Source of the DNA: Diadema antillarum
Taxonomy: Eukaryota
Length of the DNA stretch: 64,000 bases
NCBI RefSeq assembly: GCF_040938485.1
Contig: NW_027271384.1
Coordinates: forward strand, 3,720,001-3,784,000
Reading direction: 5' to 3'
The notes beneath the pieces were generated by a model. It saw only the letters and a list, made by a program, of their open reading frames with translations. It made no database searches and was not told the DNA's origin. The position numbers were made by a program, and so were the translations under genes. Shown here piece by piece: positions 43,101 through 55,200 of the stretch (position 1 is its first letter; every line of letters starts with the position of its first letter).

Positions 43101-46100
43101 TTTGATCCCATAGCCACAATTCTTGAAATAATCAGTAACTGGTGATATTCTAAAATTTTCACTTGACCTTTGACATTTGACCCCATGGCATAACCTTTAA
43201 CTAACAATACAAGACATTGTATACTTGAAGTTTTAAGAAAATAACTTCAGGCATTCTGTAGGCATCCCTATGATAAAATAGTGAAATTGTGAGAATTTGA
43301 CCATTGACCTTTGACCTTGAGCATGGGCACCTAACTGTCCATTCTTACATTTATATGCCAGTTTCGTCAGGATATGTAAATTATAGTTTTTAACTTTAAA
43401 TACGCTGTCCACAAAATTGATTACAGATGGAATGAAGGACAGACGAACCTACTGACAGACAACCTGAAATGATAATGCCTACAGCAACACTTCATGGTCA
43501 TTGAAACATTTCTTGACTCTCTTGAGCACTAGCATCCATATTTGGATTACTGACATGTACCAAAAGAATGGTAGAGCATAAACAAAAAAAATGTAAATGC
43601 AAAAAAAAGACCCCCAAAAGTTCACAAAAAACAATTACACTACTACCATTACAATCTTGAGTGCATGAGTTCATCAAGCCATATCCAAAATTGTTCTCAC
43701 TGAATTAGTTATTGTTAACAGATAAAAGAGCAGATATGTACTTACAACACTTCCATCCCGGAGGCGGAAATCGTTGGATCGGTCGTCATCGAATGTTCCG
43801 CACAGACCACAGGTAGCATTCCAGTACTCGTATGACACCTCTATGGTTGCAGTGCTGCCTCCATCGTAACGAACGGATAGACCAAAGGATGTTTCGATAG
43901 TCTGAAATGTTGATCAGACATCAAGTTATTTGTATCCTCATCCTTTTTATCATCAATTTTAAGCTCAACTCGAAACTCCTTTCAAATAGATATCTCAGCT
44001 CTTGGAAATATAGATTCTACGAATTTCAGAGTCTCCTGCAAACGTCTGATGATAGAACTATAAAAAGGGAAATCATGTCACTCTGTAGCTGGTCTTTTAT
44101 ACATGTTGTACCTAATTCTCAATCCTCATAACAGTTGGATATTTTTAAAGGAGACTTCTGGATGATTTTTAGACTTTTGCATTTGAACATCTATAAATTG
44201 GCTATAGTGGCAATTGCAATGAAGAGTAAGATGGTTTTCAGAATTAATACAAAATTGCAATGAACAAGGATGATGACATAGCTGCTTCACATTCACATAT
44301 GAATGTATGATTGGGTGCTCAAGAAAGCAGAACAAAAGAAGAAACTTCTACATGGATGAACTCGTATTGCAATGGAATTATATTGCTACATTACTGGAAT
44401 ATGGGAGCCTCCTACACTTGTATGTCGTCATCCTCATTCAGTGCAATTTAATTTGGGTTTTTCAGAGACGCATTTTATCTGTTCAAGGACCACAATAAAT
44501 TTTACAAATCTATGCACAGCACTATCGATTTATGTACTAGATGAAGTGAAATTATGAAAATCATCTAGAATTCCTCTTTATGTGCTCCTCCGTCATCATC
44601 AATAATTTTAATAAATGCACTGAAACACAATTTGGGAGGATTATATGACTTACAAGTATACAGCTATCTTTCCCTTACCGCGTAAGACCAGTCCGAGCGA
44701 ATGGTGATGCCATTGTTGAGGTTCAAGGGTGTTGACCTCCTTGCACCGTTGACTAGAACCACTCTATTCCGCTCAATCGAATAGCTAGTGCCATTCACCT
44801 CCAGTACCACCTTGCGTAGGAAAGACACTCTGTCCGATGGATTGTTCTTGACGTTGTCTCCCCACAAGTGGAAATCCACAAGGTCCGCGCGATCGCTGCA
44901 CGGCCTCACCAGCGTGTACTCACAGTCACCCTGGAAGTCGTGACGACCACCGTCGAACATAGTGTAGTGAGGGTCTCCCCACACGGTGCAGATTCCAGGT
45001 GCTGTACATGATAGAGAACATGTTGTTAAAACTTTCCTTTCATGTAAATGAAAATTTCAATACAATGTGTAGCACAGTTTGTACTGCATAGTGTTTGAGA
45101 ATATGACAAGTAAAACTTACAGTTTTCCTTATTTCTACAGGAAAAGCAATGATAAAGTAAATTTCTGAACTTTCTGCGATGGGGTTGGTTGTGGGTGCAA
45201 ACTTAACAGCTAATTCTCATTTCTTTTTATACAATCAAAACAAACTACAAAAATCAAAACAGTTAACAGATGTTCATCCATCCTTAAGACAAAAAAAGGA
45301 CCTTCTTAAGCTGCATAATGTATAATTTTATAAAAATAGAAAAGCAAGAGTTTGGGTTGATATTTAGATGCCTTGTAGACACTAATTACAATCTCTTGTG
45401 ACCTGTGACCTTTCTTTATAATGAAAAGAATACAGCAAAGCACAATTAAGAAATAGTATTTCTTGAAGGGATATCATGAAAGGTGTTATGAATTAGATCT
45501 TTTTGCTAAGGCCTCAACTTTTCAAACCTCCTTCATGAATTGGTAATATACATGTAATGTGTCAAAGTCGGTAATATACATGTAATATGTCAAAGTCGGT
45601 AATATACATGTAATATGTCAAAGTCAGCACCTAATTTTGAAATCACATTCAAGTATGTACACTATCAACTTAACTGGCCATCAGGCAGCTAATTGAAAAA
45701 TGAATTCATATGTTCCCAATTATTACAGGTCACTACCTTTCATTTTCGGGCCACCAACATTTCAAATTCCAAAATTTTAGTTGCCCAAATGGACAACAAG
45801 TGAAAACTAGAAATGTCGCTATGGCGTCTGGTACGCCTCCGCCTTAATGCATGGTTCTCCTAAGAGGTCTACAGTACAATGTCTTGACAATGTGTGATGA
45901 GTTTCAAATAATTGGCAAAATATCAAAATGACAGGTTCGTCACAAATGTGTTGAATGTTCACTTTCCTTCAACTAGGTTTAATTGGATGGATGGCTATAC
46001 TGCCTAAGAGCGCAGGTATTAAGGGATTTGAGGATTTTTACTTCACTTTTGACCCTTTTATTTATAAGTTTACGTATTGATTAAACTTTCAAGGCATGGA

Positions 46101-48000
46101 GAAAAAGTGTAATTTCACTATCAAATAGTTTGGGTTTTTTTTTTATTTCAACTTGACCTTTGACCCATGTCCTTTGACCCTATGACCCTAAAATTCCCAA
46201 GAGAATCATGGTCAGGTAGAACATGCATGCAGAACTGTAGATATGTACTAAGTTTAATGATGATACCTTGAGTCACCTTCGAGATATGGACCAAGAAATG
46301 AAATTTAGCACTTTCACTTGACCTTTGACCTTTGGGCAAGAAACTTCCAAGAGAATCTCTGTTAGGTTATACATGTAAATATAAAGTTTCAAGAAAAATC
46401 GGGCAGGTATTGTATTTGACTATGAGGGAAAAAGTGAAATTAAGAGGAGTTGACCTTGACCTTTGACCCATGACCTTTGACCCATGACCCCCACATTCCC
46501 TAGATAATCACCGATAGTCAGTATATGCATATGTACTAAGTTCCATGAAGATAGCTTGAACCATTTCCAAGATATGGAGAAAAAAGTGAAATTTTAACAT
46601 TTTCACTTGACCTCTGACCTTTGACCTTTGACGTCATGACTCGAAACTGTCTCTGGAGAATCTTTATTTGGTATTACATGTATACACCAAGTTTCAAGAA
46701 AAAACCTCCAGGCATTGCATAGATATGGGGGAAATAGTGAAATTTTGAGCATTTGACCTTGACCTATGACCTTGAGCATGTGCCCCTAAAAGTTGATAGG
46801 CACAACTTCATCCACTCATGCATATACATACCAAGTTTCATTAGGATATCTTAAACATATTTTTAGTTACGCTGTCCACAAAATTCATTACACACGGACG
46901 TTACGACGGAAGGACAGACAACCCGAAAACATAATGCCTCCGGCGACACTTTGTGGCGGATGGGAGGCATAAAAAAGTGTAAAGCCCTGCTGTACACTTG
47001 GCGATCTCCACAATTTGAATCCATTGAATGGACGGTGTTTCTCATTCATGATCACACTTAAATTGAAGTACATTGTAAGACTTTGTTAATGGCAGACACC
47101 ATACTCACCTCTCACACAAGTGCCTTCCTCTCGGACAAACCTGTTTACGCAGTAGCAGTCCCTCACCCCACCTTTTATCACACACTCCTCAAAATCTCCA
47201 CAGCTCATATCCATGCAGGTCAGTGAGCCTGCATCACAGGCACACCGGCGGTCACAACTGTCACTGACCCACACTGTTCCAGCCTGTGAATAACAAGGTA
47301 ATGCAAAAGAACATATGCATAGATACTGTAGGATGTATTTGTTACTTTTAAGATTCCTAACTATCATCAGTAAAGTCCTGAAAATCAAGAGAATAGAAAC
47401 AATATAAACATGCACCTCCAGTTCAATGTAATATAATCACCAAATCAATGAATAAAATCATTCTCTTACAATACTTGCTTTATCTCTGACTGGCACAAAA
47501 ATTATATTTTTAGAATTGAAAAAGAATGCTTCCAATTGAGCTTAACTATTGGTTCGCACACTACATGTATCTATAAACAAGACTAATACTTTAATTTGAT
47601 GAACATTGATTGCCACAGATTTTCATGGTACAATGTATTCTCAAGTCTTTGAGAAGGATTGCTATTGCAAATTGGTTTTTAATTTCCAGTTGCTAGTACC
47701 AGCCCCTCATGAGCCTTTCTTTCCAAGATCATTCAAATAAAAATAAAAAAAATCCATATATTGTACGATAATTATATTGATATGTTTCATCACATATGAA
47801 CAGTCAGATTTTTTTTTGGAAGGGTGGCTTTCTTTGGGGCTTTTTGGTGCAGGGAGGTGGTACATTTCACAAGAATAACCAGTTTTCACAAGTACATTAT
47901 TCTTACTCTGAATAAGTCATATTCTTATTTATAAATTGTATTTCCTATATACATGTACAAATCAAATTGTCTGATTACTAAATGAAATTTATGACAACAT

Positions 48001-48041
<41 letters not shown>

Positions 48042-51000
48042 CAATTTGACAATCTATGCCATTCATTTCCGTCCATTCTCTTCTCTGGGGCAACATAATT
48101 TTTTTTGACAAAATAACTTGAATACCAAGCAAACATGGGGCCGATGAAAGTCAACTGGCTAATTACCTCAATATAGAGGGATTCCTCTCCGTAGGTGTAG
48201 GTGCAACCGCAGTCAGCAGGGCCAACGCACCTGTCCCCATCCTCCAACAGCCCCTCTGGGCACACGCATCTGTCGTACGGGGGCCAGGGGCAGTCGGCTG
48301 GTGGGGTCTGGACACTGCACGTTGGTTGGCAGGCGCTGGCCCCAGTCTGATACACTTTGTTTCCACTGCATGTTATTGCTGTTTACAGAATGGAATCAAA
48401 TTTCAAAGATAAATATTAAAATATGGAAACAGATTCATTTTACTGTACCTCTCATCAATTTTCAAGTCAAATGGACAAGAAATGCTTGTTTGTTTTTTTG
48501 TTAAATTCAATACTGCCAAAAATGCAAAAAGCATTTAAATTAGATCTGATCGACTGGACTTGTGAAAATCACAGAGAGAACAGTTTCGTGACTTGCCCAT
48601 TCACCCTCCACAGGTGAATGCTCGCCAGCCAGACAGAGCTGCAGAAGTGACTTGGATGATTGAGTCACGAAACTATTCTCTCCGTGATTTTCACAAGTCC
48701 CGTGATTTTCACAAGTCCAGTCGATCAGATTTGCACTCTTTTAGCATACTACCTGGATGAATCAAAATCTACATCAATATACTGCCAAAGATGGATGAAA
48801 AGTGTGAAAAAAAGTATGCAGCATTATGTCAAATATGTGCCAGTTTCCCGATTACAGTATAGTGAGCATTTAAGCATAACTGCCAAAATCCTGCCTTGCC
48901 CGAATAGCCATGCAACGTCTTGTAACTTACAATGTAATATGCACAAAGGCACGTCCACAAAAGTTTAATGTAGAACAGCCATGTGATAGCACCATATACA
49001 TGGTAAGGTAGATTACATTCTACGACATCACAAACCCAAGGTAGTATACAAATATTGACTGCTACAGAGGGAGATAGTAAAACTATCTGCACCGAGGTGA
49101 TTTCTCAACAGTGCTATGTCCCGAGACGAAGTCGAGGGACATGGCACTGTTGAGAAATCACCGAGGTCAAGTAGTTTTACCATGCCCCGAAAGAAAGCAG
49201 TCGATATTTGTTTTATATCCCTCTTGAGCATTTTACTTGAGTGATGACAAGGTTCCCTTTTGGAAAAATGTGCAGGTTTAATGTTAAATCTAACGTTAGG
49301 CCATAGCAGTGCAGCAGCAGTGCGTGCAGCGCGTAGCGAACAACACCGCTGCGCTGTATACTGTGTATGTATATAAGCCACCGAATATTACAACGTTGTT
49401 GATTCCTACACACGAGCTACACTACAGCGTGCAAAACTCCGAAAGATCGAGGAGGTCCAGGACTACGTTAGAGTAGGCCTAAAGCAGCTTCGTTACCCAG
49501 ATCATCTTCAAAATCGGTATTAGTTTATTCCTACTACGTACCTGATATGCTGTCCTTCTGTTACTTGAAGCAGTCACTTTGTCAATTGAGCTGAACTGCA
49601 TTGATCACACTAACGTTACACACAACACACGCCATCGCACCACAGATTTCTGTAATGCCGTCGCGCACCGAGCTGCTAACGCTAGCTAAGCCACAGGACT
49701 GTCGCTAGCTAAAGTATCGCTACTACGCGCACTGCGTACATTATGGTGTGAGAAATGTAGATATCGATCACACGATCACGATTGGGTGCAGATCGTGGAT
49801 TCCCAAAAGCACTACTGTATACGCTATATATTTCGCGGGGGTTTTATTTTCGCGAATTTCGCGAGTCGGGAGCTATTCGCGAAATTAACAACATGCGAAA
49901 ATATTACCTTCCAAAATGAATCCCTTGCCTTGATGATACAAACATTTCAGTACTAGTATACCATGTCGCGACTTACTGAACAGACCATAGTGGCTAAGCT
50001 TGTTTATGTACATACAGCACGTCCACGTCTATACTTACGAATACTGTAGAGAGCCAATCCATTATCGCAAGGGGTCCACTCATCAGAAATCTAGCGCGAT
50101 GGAATTAACCACTTAAAAAATGTTGAATTCTAACTTACTAGTAAGTTTTTTTCATGCAGTGTATAACTAGTATCATTCTTATTTGCTAGTAAGTTGAAAA
50201 TTCACACTTTCTTTGCCACTTCATATTTTCTCTGGTCCCCCAATCGCAAATTTAACCACTCGCGAAAATGTGTGACGGCGGCAATTCGCGAATATTTATG
50301 TACGCAAAAATTATAGCGTATACAGTATATCACGCGGGCTAGTGACCAATTGCACCGCATCCAGCTGCTTGTAGCTAGCTAGTAAAACTACACCATGTTC
50401 GTGCTCTGTGTAATCCTATGGCAAGAAACTTGACATGAGGGATATAATAAACAATAAAAAATGCCAAATATTTTTTATTCTTTCACTCCTAGTAATTTGT
50501 CTGTCTTCATCAAGCAACTGTTGACACAGCACTGCCAGTGGTCTGTTTACTCTTCAGAGCTGTAGTGCTCATATTCTGCCATAGTTTTAACTTCATCCAT
50601 GCACCTGCTGATGAACATGGCCGTAATAACTTCCTCATCAAACCAAACCAATTCTTGGTATCTCCAACGCGCAGAAAACTTCTGCGCACGCTGAAGAGCT
50701 CTGTCACAGATGCACTGTGGGATTCCTCGGTGCCATTGTCACTTCCGGTTGTCTTGCACGCGTCTCAGTTCCCATACTATTCAATGGAGTTATTTGTCTG
50801 CCTTTACATTGTTACTCCTTTTTTCTTGGCTATAATTCAACTTTAAAAGAGTTGAAAGTTTCTAAATTTTACTGATTTTCAATTACTAGAGACATGGTTC
50901 ACAACTGCAGGGCTTCCATGTGCTGGTCACATGATGGAAAGCGAAGAAATCTTCAACAAAAAATACCCCTGGATAAAGACAGAATGTGACCTGAGTGCAC

Positions 51001-52220
51001 ATGCAGCCAAAACCGGGGCAAGTTTATCCCCTGAGCTATCCCATAATGCATCTAAAATGCTGCTCTGCGCACGGCACCTATAGGCACTGGCAATACCGAG
51101 GGTTCACGAAAGTCTCACTCTGCAAATGTTCCTGGTCTTACAGTACATACCACATTCGGAGACTTCTGATCTCCAGTCTCCAAGGTCAACGCCCTCTTGA
51201 TAACAGCTCGAGACATATTCCTGGATGTAGTCGCAGACGTCGAAAACTGGCCCGATGGCGCAGTAGTCATAGAGGCAGTCCTCGTAGGTGTCTCGGGGAT
51301 AGACAAAGTCAAAGCAGTCTGACAGAGGACCTGAAACCATGAGGAGACAAATGAAGGATATGGTTTACAGCAACATGCTAGGATGAACATCTGATGAACT
51401 GTGGGGTACCATCATAGCCCCGGAATACAGCATTGCATAGCACCACCTCGTGTTTGATAGATGGACAGTTTTTATAAACAGTGCCACCATGATGGCCAAA
51501 TTCTAGCACTTGGTGATGATTGCCCATTCTCACCCGACGGACTGTGATATCACAATGGTGACACTCAGCAAATTGATCTGCGGAATCGGCACAAGCACCA
51601 AACTGGCAACAATACAATCAACAGCTGATCAGCCAAACAAAATGTTAGATCAATCAATTGAACATAAATACATCTTTTAAACGCAGCATCAAACTTCCCT
51701 GAATTCTTACACTTGAAAGAAAGGTGTTGATTCAAAGAGCTGCAAATAGTTATTGCAAGAATAGATAGGTTGCTTGGATTTGAAAGTGAGGTGTGTTGAA
51801 ATATGAAACAAAGCGGGTGATCAATCTAGCCTACTTACCATCAGGGTGACTGAATATATAGCATACATCAAGCGCTTCCTCCAGAAGATCACCAGTGCAT
51901 TCTCCTGGCTGTGGAGATTCTCCGTTACAGCTTTCAGGGTTAACGACCCAACTGTTTGCGAACACCGTCAAGAACTGAGTCTAAAGGGACACAAAACAGA
52001 GAACATCAATGCCGACAAAATAGTCTCGGCTGTCTCACTCAATCTCATCTGAGGTAAACATTACACTACTCAATGGAAGACCCTTGGATTTACGATGTAA
52101 TAGCCCTGATGTACTTTGGAAGATGTAGGTAGATGCTTCAATTGTTTGTACCAGCTGGCACAGGGGAATGTCCATATGTATGAAAAACGGATAATCCAAG
52201 AGGTCTATAAACTTAATGTA

Positions 52221-52269
<49 letters not shown>

Positions 52270-55200
52270 ATGCAGGCAGCAGCATACACATAGAACTGCA
52301 CACATTGATTTCTCTGGATTTTTTCTTCAAATGCAACATTAAATGAAAAAATTAGCAGATAAAAGACATACATGTACAATGTATGTTTCAGACATGCCAC
52401 AATTTTCCAGCTTCACATTTTATCTAATGGTGTTTTTTTTTTTTTTTTGCTACCTCATAATATCAACAAAATCTAGGCGAATTCTGTGATTTAATAGGCA
52501 ACTATCAAGAACATATACCTGACTTCCATCTTGCACATGAAAGTCATTGTCACTGTCCTCATCAAATGTACCACACAGTCCACAGGTCTTGCCTAGATAG
52601 CTGTAGTCAAGGTCAATCTCAGCAATGTGTCTGCCATCGTACGAAAAGCTGAGACCAAATGAAGTTGTCACAAACTGCAACGGAAGAGATTAAGGCACGC
52701 AGATCATCAATTGCAGTCCTTAGAATAGAAAGGATGGCTAAAAATATACCCTACATTGTTGACTTTTCCCAAGAGTGAACAATTGAAATCCTTCAGTGAA
52801 CTGAAGAAAAACTGAAGAGAATTGACTATGTGTTTATCTTGACTGCTGTATCAAATATATATTGGTGATGCAGTTTTAGTTGGCAAATGTTTGGATATCA
52901 TTTTACTCACAGTAATTTATAGTTCAAGGTTTAGTTTCCACGAAAGGTGTTATCAATAAATCTTTGTAGTTTTTTTAACTACACAGAGCATAAAGTAATG
53001 TAATAACTTGCAGGAAATCTGTAGCCACGCAGACTGTCTGGACTACCTGGACAGACAATTATTGAATGAGAAAATTTGATACTAGCACAAGGAATAGATC
53101 AATCTTAACTCCAAAACATACCATAAAGAGTTTACCAACACTTAATATATTGTAAAGCTCTTTCCCTCTCTTTCAATGTCCTAGAACTCAGTGCTACTCA
53201 TCACACAACCCTGGGGATAATGAGAAAAAAAACATGTATCATCCTACTCTTGCTTAATATTTCTTGTCTTACTATATTATGGAGAATTCTTGCATGATGA
53301 CATGTGAATTACATTTTGTAATTTCAGAAATTATCCCTCATGTTCCAGTTTATTTCAGTTTGAAGTAATCCTATTAACAACAACTACCATGCAAGGGGGA
53401 AAAAAACTTAACGCAAATCAATTACCCATTTCTTTGTGCATAGTCATGGCATCATTTCAACAGATTTTGCATTTTTCAATTTCCAAAGTAATGGGATCTG
53501 CTTTACCGCATATTGGCTACTCCACTCTATCACCACATCGCTCCCGGTGCTGAAGTAGGAACCAGCTGATCTTATTCCATTGACGTAGACCGCATTTCCC
53601 TGCCGGATGGAGTACGACGTCCCGTTGAACTCCAGCGTGATGCCGCGCAGGAATGAGACGCGAGCCGAGGGTTGGTTCTTGACATTGTTACCCCACAGGT
53701 GAAAGTCGGCAACCGAGGGGTCGCTGCTGTTGCAGGGCCGGACGAGGGTGTACTCGCAGTCGCCCTGGAAGTCAAACCGCCTCCGGTCAAACGTGATGTA
53801 GTGGGGATCCCCTCTCACGGTGCAGCGGCCAGGTGCTGTTCATAATGACGAGTTACAAGCCCAAACATTTTACCAATAGTCAATGCATTTCATTGTCTCT
53901 GTTCTTCAAGTCAGTTCTTTGGTGTGTTTTTTTTTTTTTTAAGTCCCATTCTTCCCCACCTTCTCTCCAATTCCCTCCCTCTTTCTTTTTCTCTTTGCAT
54001 ATTTGTATCACAATGATGTAAATTGGTACATGAGACTGTTGTTCGTCAAAGCCATATCATTTCTTTACCGATAAGCTTTTGTACTTTTTCAAAGAAATCT
54101 CTGAGAACAATAAAACACATATCATATGTACACTAAATTTCTCTCGGTTTTATTCCAAGCCTGTTAGCATGCTGGATATCATTTAAATGCGAAGGGCTTA
54201 TGATTAACTGACTGCTCTCTGTACATATTAATTTTTTTCGTTCTGAAGTTTTATCTGGTAAATTCATACTGTTTGCATTAATTGCCATCCAATAACAAGA
54301 CATCATTGTGGTCAATCTTGCTGACAACAAACATTCTCTTAAAGCTCGAGACACTCCCTTTCCATTGACAGACTTGCTCCTCCTGCTCATTCTTAGAGCT
54401 TGACTGACTGATTGCTCTCTGTGTGTATTAATTTTCTTCTGAATTTTCATTTGGTAAATTCAATCTGTATGCATCACACGTGCCATCAAATAACAGACAT
54501 GACCGTGGTGAATCTAGCTGACCACACATATCATAGCAAGCTTTAGATCTGCAACGCAAATGCCAAGACGACCAAGGCAAAAAATGTTGTTCAGCACATG
54601 TGTGATAGCTGTTTCCCATTGTTCAACCCAGGAGGCTGTGTCGTCTCTATAGCGTTCACGTCGCAGATCTAAAGCTCGCTCCTCTCTAGGCTGGAGACAC
54701 TCCCTTTACCTCTGACACAGACTTCCCCTTCTCTCTGGTAGTTTTCTCGGCAGTAGCAGTCCCTTACGCCTCCCTTGATGGCGCACTCCTCGTTGGGGTC
54801 ACACGAGAGCGGTTCGCAAGACACGGTGCCCCCGGAACAGGAGCACTGCTGACTGCAGTTTGCACTGATGGAGGACTCACCAGACTGGTGGCAAGAGAGG
54901 CAAAAGCACATGCATAGTTATGTTACTAGTAGTCCAATGGGTTAGTTTTGGTGTCATGGGCTTGCCAGGATACATGCATTTTGGTAAGGCAGATGAGGCA
55001 AACACTGTGGTATACCACATATTTCTTGTTTCTTTCTTTCTTTGAAGGGGAGCAGCCCTCTTGAGCAAGTCCTCTCAATTTCCATCAATAATTTCTCCAT
55101 TATACATCAAAATAGCGGGGAGCAATTGGTAGCCTTATGGCCAACATGCTTCCAACTGGGAATTGAAAGACATGCCATCAATTTTTTTATGTGGCAGTTG

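Noticed and set aside
50931-51083. Short plus-strand [22 protein letters not shown]..., faintly like TTF-type zinc-finger or hAT fragments
   Set aside because: Only 50 codons, with no complete Cys/His pattern. It cannot be supported without an HMM search.
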